A stretch of 63,775 nt of DNA from a virus (lineage: Duplodnaviria > Caudoviricetes): IMG/VR virus record IMGVR_UViG_3300033168_000002, positions 1 through 63,775 of that record; one strand, written 5' to 3'. Positions 46,647-56,773 of this stretch are shown piece after piece; within the stretch, counting starts at the first letter, position 1; every line of letters starts with the position of its first letter. The notes below the pieces were generated by a model, which made no database searches, was not told the DNA's origin, and saw only the letters and a list, made by a program, of their open reading frames with translations. Both the position numbers and the translations under genes were made by a program.

Positions 46647-47027
46647 TTACTGTTTCTCCGCGTCCGAGGCGAGCGTGCGCACGATAGCCTGGAACACATA
46701 ATCCTTGGCGCGCTGCTCCACGGGCAGCTCCGCGTACGGCACGAGACATGGATGTGCCTTCTTGTCGGCATCCTTCACCGGACCATAGACCCAATCATCA
46801 GCCACCTTGAAGGCGCACCAGTTCAGATGCGCGTCTTCCGGTGTGGCCTCAGGATGATCCAGGGCGAAGCGCACCCCGTCAATGGCCGATCCCTTGATGG
46901 CGGCCGGCGCGTCCTCCCAGGCCACCTGCGACGTGTCGCCATAGGCCAGGCACAGCGCCCGGTTGACCTCGTGGCACGTCCGCGCGATCTGCTCAGTGTC
47001 CATCATCACCGTTGTGTCTTTGCTCAT
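46647..47027 (-). CDS. RyR-domain protein
   Basis: H..W...KVADDWVYGPVKDADKKAHPCLVPYAELP.EQRAKD. Confidence 0.85.
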   Translation of the reverse strand: MSKDTTVMMDTEQIARTCHEVNRALCLAYGDTSQVAWEDAPAAIKGSAIDGVRFALDHPEATPEDAHLNWCAFKVADDWVYGPVKDADKKAHPCLVPYAELPVEQRAKDYVFQAIVRTLASDAEKQ

Positions 47028-47335
47028 TAGAATACCCCCTCCTCGTCACTCTCATCATCCACATCCACGATACCGCTGACCTCCGTGTGCCGCCGTGCAA
47101 GACGCTCCGCCCGCTCCGCATCGTACAGCGCCAGGCGCTCGGCGTCGCGTTGCGCGGCCTCGACGCGTTCGCGCTCCTCATCCTCGGCCAGGCGCTCGAC
47201 GACGAGATCACGCAGCAGCATCAGGATCTCGCTCGGCGAGTCACCCTCGTCAACCTGCGCGCTCGCGCTCATCGACCTGTTGCCATAGTTGCCGTCGGAC
47301 ATCTTGCGCTCGTAGTGCACCGTGCTTACCTGCAT
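47027..47335 (-). CDS. Hypothetical protein
   Basis: GGAGAG RBS; coupled to RyR gene. Confidence 0.55.
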   Translation of the reverse strand: MQVSTVHYERKMSDGNYGNRSMSASAQVDEGDSPSEILMLLRDLVVERLAEDEERERVEAAQRDAERLALYDAERAERLARRHTEVSGIVDVDDESDEEGVF

Positions 47336-48204
47336 TGCCCTCTCCTCCGAGTTATCCCCATATCACGCCATTTATCCACATATCCACAGTTAGGCCGCGC
47401 CATCATCCGTCGCCACCAGTCGCAGTCGCGACCTGCTTACCGTCGGCGTGCGCATCACCGCCTGGAGCGCGAGGTTCCGTTCAAGCTGATCGTTCAGGCG
47501 CTCATAGGCGTCAGCCTCGATCTTGACCCACTCGATCCTGTCGATGCGCCGGGCGGCGGCGTCCACAGCCGCCTCAACAGCGTCATCCCGCGTGTAACGT
47601 GGCATCACCCTGCTCCTCTCGCGCTGCTGTCTCTGGCACGTCCACGCCGACATAGTGGACGTGCGGCTCCCCGCTGATCGTGGGCGTGTCCTCCCGCCGC
47701 CACAGGCTCACCAGCGTCAACGTGTCGCCCGTCCGTAGCGCGTGCGTGAACTGGCCGGAGGCGACGGCCAGGCGGTAGGCCGCTTCGGCGTCGGCCTGGG
47801 TGACGAACGGCCAGGTCTGTTCGGTGGCGTTCTCGCCAACATGGACGATCCACGGCGGCGGGTTCGTGCGGCTCACGGTGATCATGTGTCCCCCTCTGTC
47901 CCACTGTCGTCGGCCCAGTTGTACGAGATCCACGTCGGCTCCACGCACGCCGTGAGCAGCCGCCCATCAACGTCCATCCCCTCCGCGTCCTCATCCGTCG
48001 AGGCCCCACACGTCGCGCACGCCCGGAACGTGGCGTAGGAGGGCAGGTGACCCCCGCTGCCCCGGAAATCACGCTGCACGTCGATGATCGTGCGCACCAG
48101 GCGCAGCTCGTGGCCCCCGGCGGCGATCAGCGCGTCGAGGGCGGCGCGCGTGATCGCCGCTGGCTGAGGCACGGGCGTTAAAGGCAGTAGCGCTGTTTCA
48201 GTCG

Positions 48205-49983
48205 TCATCGCGTCCCTCCTAGCGTGGCGATGCAGCGTTCCATCAGCATTTGCATAACTGGTGGAGTGACCGCATTACCAAATTGCTTGACCTTCTCGCG
48301 TTGGTTGCCGAGTACGTTGTACGTCGCGGGGAACGCCATCGCCGCGGCGATCTCGTGCGGCTGGAGCATCCTGAACGTGCAATCTTCCACCGCAGGCGTC
48401 ACGGACACAAGCGCCTCCCGGTCGTGTGTTGTGACCGTCCGCGTCGGTTCCTCCACACGCTGGGCCTGCCCGGTACGGTTGTAGGGCACGAGCATGTGTC
48501 CCAGCGGGGCCGGCTGATCGACCAGGCCGATGTGGTTGCCGCCGGCGACGACGGTCTGTAACGCCTCGTCGATGCTCTTGGGGCCACCGTGGATGTCCAT
48601 GTTGACCACGAACGGCGCGCGCACCAGGCCGTACTGGCGTGTCCCTGTCTGCACACCCCACGGCCCCAGGACGTCGCGCATGAAGTTCGGCGGCATCGTC
48701 GTCATGCCGAGCAGGAAGGCGGGCGGTACAGCGACTCCGTAGGCCTCCCTCGTCGTCTGCGTCGGCAGAGGGCCATCCGTCCCCGTCGCCTCCTCATTCC
48801 ACGAGCCCCCGGCCGGCACGACCAGCGCATAGGGTTGTTTGGTCGTCTGCGTCGCTAGCGGCTCATCAATCCCGCGTGGACGGTCGCTGAAGTAGTTGAC
48901 GCTAGCCAGGAACGGCGCGGGCGGCGTGACGAGTTCGTGGTGATCGGCCGTCGTGATCGACCCGAACGGCCCCGTCGTCTCGCGCATCCACGGCTTACCG
49001 CGTGGCGTATAGTCGGCCATGAGGAACGGCGGCACGACGAGGGCCTCGACCTGCCGTGTGGTCTGTGTCGGCATGGGGTCGCCTAACGAGCGGATCTTGC
49101 CGCCGTCGTAGCGCGCCGTGAGCGGCGCCCGGCCAAACTTTTCCAAGCCGTAGCGGATGCGCTCCATCGTCTTGTCCTTCAACGGGCGTTTGCGATCGCC
49201 GATGCGTTTCCCCTGCATCGACCAGTCGATCGCGTTGGCGGCGCAGTAGTAATACGGCTGCACCACACCGGCGCACAGGGGGCAGCGATAGACGTACTGC
49301 GCCCGCGCGCCATACTTGCCGCGTCGCTTCGACGGGTGGCGCCAACTCTGCACACTCTCGATGTCGCGGTCGCACGCCTGACACCAGGCCGGCGGCGTGA
49401 ACACGAGGTTGGGGCGTGTGTTGCCCGCACGCCAGAACACCACATACAGACGATCGCGTGACTGCGGCGTGGGCCAGGCGAACATGCTGTTGAAGAAGAC
49501 AAGTTCGTGCTCATAGCCCAGGGTGCGCATCACACGGAGCCAGTCCTCGAAGGGGGCCCAGTAGAGCGCGGCGTCGACGACATTCTCAACGATGATCAGG
49601 TTGTAGCGGTGATATTCGGCAAAGCGCGGCACATCCCACATCGTGACGCGGCTGCGCTCCTCGGACGGATCGAGGCCGTTGCTCCCCCATAGGTCCATCT
49701 GTCCGATGCCTTTGCGCTTCTTGCCTTTGGCCAGGGTGTGCGCGGTGCATTCGGGGGACGCGATCAGGACGTCTGTCGTGGGAAAGCGGCGTGGGTTGAC
49801 GGCCGAGGCGTCGGCGCACTCGTGGCGCGTGTGGGGAAAGTTGGAGTTGTGGGTGTCGATGGCGAGTTGCCAGTGGTTCATGGCAAGGAGGACCTCGCCA
49901 CCGGCGGCGGTCGCGCCTAACGACGATCCACCGGCGCCACAAAAAAGATCAGTCACGGATACGTAGGATGTGTGGGGTGTCAT
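48205..49983 (-). CDS. DNA cytosine-5 methyltransferase
   Basis: DLFCGAGG, SPEC, ENVV, PQSRDR, QFGNAV. Confidence 0.93.
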   Translation of the reverse strand: MTPHTSYVSVTDLFCGAGGSSLGATAAGGEVLLAMNHWQLAIDTHNSNFPHTRHECADASAVNPRRFPTTDVLIASPECTAHTLAKGKKRKGIGQMDLWGSNGLDPSEERSRVTMWDVPRFAEYHRYNLIIVENVVDAALYWAPFEDWLRVMRTLGYEHELVFFNSMFAWPTPQSRDRLYVVFWRAGNTRPNLVFTPPAWCQACDRDIESVQSWRHPSKRRGKYGARAQYVYRCPLCAGVVQPYYYCAANAIDWSMQGKRIGDRKRPLKDKTMERIRYGLEKFGRAPLTARYDGGKIRSLGDPMPTQTTRQVEALVVPPFLMADYTPRGKPWMRETTGPFGSITTADHHELVTPPAPFLASVNYFSDRPRGIDEPLATQTTKQPYALVVPAGGSWNEEATGTDGPLPTQTTREAYGVAVPPAFLLGMTTMPPNFMRDVLGPWGVQTGTRQYGLVRAPFVVNMDIHGGPKSIDEALQTVVAGGNHIGLVDQPAPLGHMLVPYNRTGQAQRVEEPTRTVTTHDREALVSVTPAVEDCTFRMLQPHEIAAAMAFPATYNVLGNQREKVKQFGNAVTPPVMQMLMERCIATLGGTR

Positions 49984-50348
49984 GGCGCCACCGCCTCTCC
50001 CGGCTGCGGCTCATCGCCATCCAGGCGCACGAGCGCGGCCCACACCGCCGCGTCGAGCGCGACGTCGTGGTAGCTGGCCCACTGCGCCACATACACCAGT
50101 AGATCGCCCAGCTTGCGTTCGAGCAGCGCCCGGTCATAGCCAGCGTAGAGCTGCGTCGGCCCGATGTGCGGATAGAGCAGTGCTTCGAGCGAGAGCGCGG
50201 ACGGATCACCCTCCTCCTGGCCGGGCTCCGCGCTCATCCAGCGCGCCGGCGGCATCGGCTCCCGCACGACGCTCTCCCACTGATCGGCGCGGGCCACGTC
50301 GGCGGTGATCTGTAGCTCGGTCAGGGTCAACGGCTCACGCGGCGCCAT
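49980..50348 (-). CDS. MazG-like (degenerate) all-alpha NTP pyrophosphatase
   Basis: RKLGDLLVYVAQWA...VAL; acidic motif degenerate. Confidence 0.35.
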   Translation of the reverse strand: MAPREPLTLTELQITADVARADQWESVVREPMPPARWMSAEPGQEEGDPSALSLEALLYPHIGPTQLYAGYDRALLERKLGDLLVYVAQWASYHDVALDAAVWAALVRLDGDEPQPGEAVAP

Positions 50349-50573
50349 GGGTGGCCTCCTCTCCCGGCTCCTGGGCCGCGCCCTCGTAGACCGCGACGGC
50401 CGCCACCTTCTCCAGGCACTCCGCGCACAGGTGGACATACGTCCTGCCCCGAATCTTGGTCCCCAGCCACGGCGATTGATCATCACTGCCCAGCTTGTGC
50501 GCCTTCAGGATGGTCACGTCCCGGTCGCGGGCGATGGTCTGCTGGCAGGGGCCGTCACAGCGATACGCACGGC

Positions 50574-52136
50574 TCATGACGCCACCCCCTCACGCACAAC
50601 GGCCGAGGCCACATCTCTCTGGAGATAACCCATCTTAAAGGCGTCAGGCACGACCACCGCCTGTGGCGGCTTCTGGCCGGGGTATTCGCGTTTGCGCTCC
50701 AGCAGGTTGGTTTTCTCGTAGACCTTGCACTGTGCGTCGATGGCTTGAGCCTCAAGGTGGTCAACCCATGCGCGCGGGGGTCGGAACTCAGGTGTCTGTG
50801 TTGAACTACTCGCACCACCGATGACGACCCAATCGAACAGATCAAGCCTGGTAAATGTCAGCCGCTCTAACATCGGCTCGCACGATAACCACTTGACGCC
50901 ACCTTGCACGCGCGCGAATGCCTTTTCGGCATTCGGGATACGCGCCTGTGCATCGACGCTGGTACCAATCCATGCATTGCCGGGGAACTCAAACTCCGCA
51001 TACCGGAGCGGAAACTTGGTCAGGAAAAGAAAGTTCCACTGAGGATTGGCCGTGACTTCATCAAGGACCGCCTGTATCCACTCACGCGGCACCCATTTAC
51101 CGAACAAGTCGGCCATGGAACACGTAAAGACGTTCTTGTAGCCAACGTTTTGTGCCGCTTCCGAGGGAACAGTTGTATTCGCGGGGCCGGACAATCGACC
51201 GGGCAAAAGAGCGGGGGCGAACCCGTGAGGATACCGACGCACCGCGATGTCACGCGCGTAACAATAGGAACAATCGTGTTTGCAGCCCGTGACCGGATTC
51301 CACGAATGGTAAGCCCACTCAATGTTGTCCGTCGCCTGACTGTTGAACTTGAACTTCGGGTCGCGCGCTTGTAGGGTTGTCTGCTGCTCGTCCGCGTTCA
51401 GTTTCTCCCAGCCGTCCAGCGTGATGACGCGACCATAGTTCGGCGGGGCTGTGTCCGCCTTCGGAAGATAGCCCCGCTCTTGGGCCTCGCTATACGCGCG
51501 CTGCACGCTCTTGCTGTTGAGTGTGGCGCGCAGTTGCGTCGCCTCCCGGTGTTTGCCGTCCTGCTCCAGCGTGTCGATGGCCTTGACGACCCTCGCCGCG
51601 CGCTCAGCTTTGTGCCCGCTGACGCCAAGCTGCGCGCCCACTTTGTCGCGGGCCTTGCCTTGGGGCGGTGGTGGCAACGTTGCCACCACCGCCCCCGACG
51701 CCGGCACATGCTCGTCAGCAGGTCGGGGCGTCGTGACTAATGCGGCCTGACGTGCACGCTCATCATTGGCGCGTTGCGCCGCTTCCTCCTGCCGCCGCTT
51801 CGCCCGCTGGCTCTCCACGTCGAACAACGCCTCCGACTCGCGCGCAAATTGCTCATTCGACTTGTCGCGCTGCCTGTTGCTTTCGATCAGCGCCTCTATG
51901 ATGTCAAGCGGGTCATCCGATCCGAACAGGACGACGGGCGCCTCGCTCAGGCCGGCCTTCGTCGCCGCGTCAAAGCGACGATGTCCACTGATGATGGTCC
52001 CGTCCGACGCAATCAAGAGCGGATTGAGAATGCCTTTCTGCATCACGCTCTGCACCAGATCGGCGTCGGCGCTATCCCCGTAGATACTGGTATTCATCGG
52101 GTGTAGCCGTAGGCTCGTGAGTACGCGTGTCTCCAT
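50574..52136 (-). CDS. ParB-like N-terminal domain fused to DUF5131 (Gp37/Gp68) radical-SAM domain
   Basis: GILNPLLI...IISGHRR (ParB); NIEW..SWNPVTGCKHDCSYCYA, CSMADLF, FLFLTK, WIGTSV, LSCEP, DWVVIGG. Confidence 0.88.
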   Translation of the reverse strand: METRVLTSLRLHPMNTSIYGDSADADLVQSVMQKGILNPLLIASDGTIISGHRRFDAATKAGLSEAPVVLFGSDDPLDIIEALIESNRQRDKSNEQFARESEALFDVESQRAKRRQEEAAQRANDERARQAALVTTPRPADEHVPASGAVVATLPPPPQGKARDKVGAQLGVSGHKAERAARVVKAIDTLEQDGKHREATQLRATLNSKSVQRAYSEAQERGYLPKADTAPPNYGRVITLDGWEKLNADEQQTTLQARDPKFKFNSQATDNIEWAYHSWNPVTGCKHDCSYCYARDIAVRRYPHGFAPALLPGRLSGPANTTVPSEAAQNVGYKNVFTCSMADLFGKWVPREWIQAVLDEVTANPQWNFLFLTKFPLRYAEFEFPGNAWIGTSVDAQARIPNAEKAFARVQGGVKWLSCEPMLERLTFTRLDLFDWVVIGGASSSTQTPEFRPPRAWVDHLEAQAIDAQCKVYEKTNLLERKREYPGQKPPQAVVVPDAFKMGYLQRDVASAVVREGVAS

Positions 52137-53050
52137 TATTCGTCCCCTTTGCTCTGAAGCTCCGGCCACAAGGTCGGCTGATAGGTCGCCTTAATCTCGG
52201 CCCGCGTGTTTTTCGCCCGCTCCCACCACGCGCGCCCCGGCGCTGTGTCTATCGGTTCGAGCCCGTGCGTGACCGACCGCCCGTAGGGGAAATTGGAGAG
52301 CAGGAGGATGACCCACTGGAAGTCCTCGCGCGGCTTCGTGATCAACCCCACGCGTTTGCCCAGGGACGCGATCTCCTGGTCCAGCGTGCGCAGGCCGAGC
52401 GAGCGCCTATGCCATTTGATGGTGGCCGCCCCTACATTCAGCACCACGTCGAGGCGTGGGAAGGCACGGACGATCGTTCGCACGGCATCCCATGGGACGA
52501 GCCCGCAGGGATCGACGAGAATCAGGCCGTAGAACCCATCCGGCGGCATCCCACGGCCGCGCCGCTTGATGTCGGCGATAAGGGCCGGCACGAGCGCGCG
52601 ACAATCGCCGTGGTGTGTCGTCACGTCCAGGGTGGGCGCGGCCCCATAGCGATCGGCCATGACACGCGCGAGCGTGCTGTACTGCTTGGCTTCCGCTTCG
52701 CAGAGGACGGCATCGACCGGGACGTCGTTCGCGGCCGCCCAGTCGAGGAGCGGGACGACGACGCTCAACCGGCCATCGTTCGCGGCCGCCCAGTCGAGGA
52801 GCGGGACGACGACGCTCAACCGGCCATCGTCCGCGACCCCAAAGCCAGCCGTTAGGTCGAAGACGACGAGCCGACGATAGGCCGTCAGCTTCACGCGCAG
52901 CGCATTGCAACTCGCGGCCAACACCTTTTGTCCAATGGGCGGCATGTGCATGTCCTTGTACGGTGTGTAGGAACTCCGTCCTGTCTTGCGGGTTGTGCCC
53001 TGTGACGGCATGCCGTCTGTTCTCCTCCTGGCACTGCCTATATCTCTCAT
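52136..53050 (-). CDS. Three-Cys-motif partner (TcmP-like) SAM-methyltransferase-fold protein
   Basis: FDLTAGFG, LCEA, HGDC, LVDPCG; adjacent to DUF5131 gene. Confidence 0.65.
   Translation of the reverse strand: MRDIGSARRRTDGMPSQGTTRKTGRSSYTPYKDMHMPPIGQKVLAASCNALRVKLTAYRRLVVFDLTAGFGVADDGRLSVVVPLLDWAAANDGRLSVVVPLLDWAAANDVPVDAVLCEAEAKQYSTLARVMADRYGAAPTLDVTTHHGDCRALVPALIADIKRRGRGMPPDGFYGLILVDPCGLVPWDAVRTIVRAFPRLDVVLNVGAATIKWHRRSLGLRTLDQEIASLGKRVGLITKPREDFQWVILLLSNFPYGRSVTHGLEPIDTAPGRAWWERAKNTRAEIKATYQPTLWPELQSKGDE
52725..52830 (+). repeat. Exact in-frame 51-bp tandem duplication
   Basis: Units 52725-52775 and 52776-52826; GRLSVVVPLLDWAAAND twice. Confidence 0.95.
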
Positions 53051-53364
53051 CAGTCACGCCCTCCATCATCGTCCGCGGCCTCCGCTGAGGCGCCGGCGTA
53101 CATCAGCGCCTCGCTTGTCCGCGCCATCTCCGTGCGTGGCCCACGCGGGATGAAGCTGGTCTGCCGCCCGATGCCCCGCTTCTCCAGGTACGCGTCGCGC
53201 TCGATCTCCAGCGCCTGCACCATATCGTCGAGGATGTCCTTGGCCCGCTCCGGCGCCAGGTCGAACGGCACCGACAGCCGCAGCTTGATCGCGGCCTTAT
53301 CGTCGCCGTCGTCGAGGCTGTATTCGCGGGTGAACGTGGTTGACGTGGTTTTAACGGTTGCCAT
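53050..53364 (-). CDS. Hypothetical protein
   Basis: GAGGGAGG RBS; coupled ORF. Confidence 0.55.
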   Translation of the reverse strand: MATVKTTSTTFTREYSLDDGDDKAAIKLRLSVPFDLAPERAKDILDDMVQALEIERDAYLEKRGIGRQTSFIPRGPRTEMARTSEALMYAGASAEAADDDGGRD

Positions 53365-53642
53365 TACTTCGTTCCTCCCTCGGCCACGCGCGGCGTGATG
53401 TCGGTTGCGATCGCGGTTAGGTGCGCCAGGACAGCCAGGGCGTCGTCCCCTTTAAGCGCCATGAACACCTGTGTTGGCGCTTCGTCATCCTCGACGTTTT
53501 CGGGATGCATGTTGCCGTGGCCGAAGGTGTTGAAAAAGATGTGCAGATCCATCATCGTTCCGTCTGGTTTGCGGTAGACCTGCACGCTATCGACGGTATC
53601 GAGATTGATGAACAGATCCGCGCGTCGAATGAACTGTGCCAT
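53364..53642 (-). CDS. Hypothetical protein
   Basis: AAGGAG RBS; FINLDTV motif. Confidence 0.6.
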   Translation of the reverse strand: MAQFIRRADLFINLDTVDSVQVYRKPDGTMMDLHIFFNTFGHGNMHPENVEDDEAPTQVFMALKGDDALAVLAHLTAIATDITPRVAEGGTK

Positions 53643-53679
53643 GATGTTATGTCTCCTTGTCGGTCGTTAGTCCCGCAAA

Positions 53680-53895
53680 ACACCACGAGATAATTCGTAT
53701 AATTCGTAATGTTTTTTGTTTTTCCGTCGTCCTTCCTGGTAAAGCCTGTTTTACAATGCACTCTCCCCTCACTTTCTCTATAGAGAGGAAGCGCGCGTGG
53801 GGGTGGCTATAAAACTGGCGTGTGACGGCGTGGCCGCGATCAGGAGCTGTCCATACGCACTCTCAAAAAGCCTACATTTATTACGAAATATCTCT
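53680..53895. other. AT-rich segment with TTCGTA repeats, candidate replication origin
   Basis: TAATTCGTA twice (53691-53708), T-runs, inverted ATTACGAA at 53880; directly after DUF3987 gene. Confidence 0.4.
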
Positions 53896-53907
53896 CCGTT
53901 GATCTGG

Positions 53908-55191
53908 TCATTGGTCCTCCTCTCCCGGCAGTAACGGTGCGGCGTACCAGACCGTGCGCGGGCGTGTGCGGGTCGGCTTGACGGCGCGTGTCACGAGGCC
54001 CGCGGCGTGCAGATCGCGGAGGGCGCGCCGGAGCCGGGAGCTTTTCGTGTTGCGGCTGAACAGGCTGGAGATGTCCGTTTGACCAACGCCCTCGGGCGCG
54101 GCGTCGGTGAGCGCCTGGAGGATCACATCGGCAATCGGATCACCGAGCGCGTCGACGAAGATGTAGCGCGCCGAATCCTCGCAGTAGCGCCACACGGCGT
54201 ACGCCGCTTCGAGATGCTCGATTTCGACGACAGGCGATTGATCGAGTGCGGCGTAAAGTACCGAGAGGCGTAGTGTTTGCGCCTCTCCCCGGCCAGTGAT
54301 GACGCCGATAATGCCGGGTTGGCGCGCCGTCAGCTCACGGTACATCTCCTTCCACCGGGCACGAGCGTCGGCCGTGCGCACGAACGGATGTGTCTGAGAC
54401 CGGGCGAACTGGAGCGCGGTGTGGATACGGCGAATAAGCGTCCCGTAGTCAATTGGGTCGCCGCCCTCTTCCAGCAGTTTCGAGCGGCGGACACACATCC
54501 ACAGGAAACGATTCGCGAAGCCGTTGGTGGCGTCAGTGCCGGTGAGCCGCTCCTCGAGCTCACTCTCGGTGACGTGACCGATAACCGAGAGGTACGCGTT
54601 GGACACTTTCAGCGGCTTGCGCGTCATGGTGGACGCGTTCGGTCCATCCCACAGTTGGCGCAAGATACCCGAGAGGCTATTGTGTTCACGCGCCATGTTC
54701 GAGAGTGTCATGCCGAACTCCTCCTCGACCGTGCAGAGGCGTCCATCGCCGGTCGTGCTGGTCTCGGCCTGTTGGCGTAACTGGATCGCCTCAATGAGAC
54801 CCTCGCCGCTGGAGAGACCATTACCCAGACATTCGCGTGTCCACAACTCGTCGACGCGTTCCATCAGCCGCCGAATCTGCCGCCAGCCGGAGCCCTTGCG
54901 CCCCGATCCCGACGGTCCTACATGCGCGACGTAGAGATTGAGGGTGTGCCGGTGGCCATCGGCGAGCGCGTGCGGGACCGCGCCGGCCGCCGAGCCGAAC
55001 GCGACCAGGAAGCTGGTCAGCAGGTTCACCGCGTCGGCCTCGGTCTCGGGCAGGATGCGCGCGACGACCTCACCAGCCAGGCCGCGGTAGGCCTCCGGCG
55101 CCATGACGGGCCAGCCGCCCCCCGTCGCGTCGGCGGGAAATCCCACGATATTGTGACGCGCGCCATCGTACGCGCGTGCATCGTCGCTCAT
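53908..55191 (-). CDS. DUF3987/YfjI-like replicative ATPase (helicase-like)
   Basis: GPSGSGRKG, SSGEGL, EEEF, LRQLWDG, GFANRFL. Confidence 0.8.
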   Translation of the reverse strand: MSDDARAYDGARHNIVGFPADATGGGWPVMAPEAYRGLAGEVVARILPETEADAVNLLTSFLVAFGSAAGAVPHALADGHRHTLNLYVAHVGPSGSGRKGSGWRQIRRLMERVDELWTRECLGNGLSSGEGLIEAIQLRQQAETSTTGDGRLCTVEEEFGMTLSNMAREHNSLSGILRQLWDGPNASTMTRKPLKVSNAYLSVIGHVTESELEERLTGTDATNGFANRFLWMCVRRSKLLEEGGDPIDYGTLIRRIHTALQFARSQTHPFVRTADARARWKEMYRELTARQPGIIGVITGRGEAQTLRLSVLYAALDQSPVVEIEHLEAAYAVWRYCEDSARYIFVDALGDPIADVILQALTDAAPEGVGQTDISSLFSRNTKSSRLRRALRDLHAAGLVTRAVKPTRTRPRTVWYAAPLLPGEEDQ

Positions 55192-56264
55192 GCCGACGCT
55201 CCTATCTCCATTGACACGGCCGCGATGCGCCGGCGCCAGGCTCCGACATAGCGCGGCGCCGGGAGATCTCCCCCTAATCGGTCATCGCCACGCGGACTAT
55301 CACCGTAGCCCTGAGCCGCGAGCGCCTGGGCGGCCGCGTGGAAGTCGCCGTTATGCTCCAGCAGCGCGTAGGCCGTGAACGGCGTGTAGCCGCGGCCGGG
55401 CTCGAACGGCCAGGCGTTGGAGCTAAAGACAATCAGCAGCCCCCGTCCGTCGTAGCCCGTCGTCGCGCTATGCCCGCCGGCATGCCCATCGTGGCGTTTG
55501 CCCGGTCGCCGCCAGTACACCTCCTCGCCCGCTATATGGGTCAGGGTCCAGCCGTGCGGCTCCAGGATCGCCGCCCAGTCGGCGCGGGCGTTGAAGGCGT
55601 CGCCGGGCCGGCCCCCCGCCTCAGCGGAGGCCGCATCCCCGTTTGGCGGGATGGACGGCGTGGGCGTCGGTGGCGTATAACGCGTCAACGCCCGCGCCGC
55701 GTCCAGCAGGATCGTCCGTTCGGCCACGTCAATCCGGGCGGGTCGTTCTAACAGGCCGCGCAGGAGGGTGTACGGGCGTCCGTTCGGATGGACCGCCGGC
55801 GGGGAGGGCGGGGAGATCGCGCAACCGCCTTCCCCTCGCGTCTCGATGAGCGTGTGCGGCCGATCTCGGCCTGCGGCGTCGGGGCGCAGCTCCAGCGCCA
55901 GGCGTTGATTGCCCTCCGGCGCGTCGTCATGGCGATAGTAGTAGTGCGCGCCGCCTGATGGCGTGACCACGACGACGAGGCGATCCACCAGGCCCGGCGC
56001 GGCCGCGTCGACGGCTGCGCGCCACGGTCGAATCAGCGCGGGCTCGTCAAAGTCGAGGATCTCCAGGTTGCCGCTCACGGCGCCACCGACCACGGCCAGT
56101 CCGCACCGGCCGCGATAGAGCCGCGTAATGTCCTCGGGCGCGGGGATGTGTGTCTGGTACGCGGTCCACGACACGAGGGGCCGCTTGGTCCCGTCGAGCG
56201 CCACGGGCACGCTGCTAATCCCGGCGGCGGACAGCGCTAGCGCCTGGTCGATTACAGGTGTCAT
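55188..56264 (-). CDS. Bifunctional primase-polymerase (Prim-Pol)
   Basis: KRP..W..YQ, GAVSGNLEILDFD, TPSGGAHYYY, IETRGEGG...PPS. Confidence 0.9.
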   Translation of the reverse strand: MTPVIDQALALSAAGISSVPVALDGTKRPLVSWTAYQTHIPAPEDITRLYRGRCGLAVVGGAVSGNLEILDFDEPALIRPWRAAVDAAAPGLVDRLVVVVTPSGGAHYYYRHDDAPEGNQRLALELRPDAAGRDRPHTLIETRGEGGCAISPPSPPAVHPNGRPYTLLRGLLERPARIDVAERTILLDAARALTRYTPPTPTPSIPPNGDAASAEAGGRPGDAFNARADWAAILEPHGWTLTHIAGEEVYWRRPGKRHDGHAGGHSATTGYDGRGLLIVFSSNAWPFEPGRGYTPFTAYALLEHNGDFHAAAQALAAQGYGDSPRGDDRLGGDLPAPRYVGAWRRRIAAVSMEIGASA

Positions 56265-56773
56265 CAGCGCAGCCCCGCCCCTTCTTCCCGCGACTGCGCC
56301 TGGAGCGCCGCCAGGATCTCGGCCGTCGGGATAACGTGGGACCAATACAACGCGTAGGGCGGCCTCAGCGGAGGCACGAGACCGTCTAACGCATGCGGCT
56401 GGAGACTCCAGGCCAGTCCCTGCACGAGCAGGTCACGTAGGCCACGTTGGAGCTCACCCTTCAGGCGCGGTGTTGTCCAGTCGGGCAGCGGCAACGGACA
56501 CACGACGATAGCCGGGTCGGTCGGGATCGCGCGCGCCCATATCACGCCGGCGTCGCGCGCCAGCACGGCGTACGCGCTGGCTGCCTCACGGTCGATATCC
56601 TGGAGAAAATAAGGCAGCTTGCGCGTCGTGAGCGCGTTGGGCGTGAGCGACACCTGAGCGATCGCGGCGAGCAACGGTGGAGGGAGAAACGTATCATCAC
56701 GTACAAATCGCGTATTTTCTGTGTGATGAGGCACATTTTGGGGCGTGTCGCCCTGCGCATCATGTATAATCAT
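56264..56773 (-). CDS. Hypothetical protein
   Basis: AAAGGA RBS; coupled to Prim-Pol. Confidence 0.5.
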   Translation of the reverse strand: MIIHDAQGDTPQNVPHHTENTRFVRDDTFLPPPLLAAIAQVSLTPNALTTRKLPYFLQDIDREAASAYAVLARDAGVIWARAIPTDPAIVVCPLPLPDWTTPRLKGELQRGLRDLLVQGLAWSLQPHALDGLVPPLRPPYALYWSHVIPTAEILAALQAQSREEGAGLR

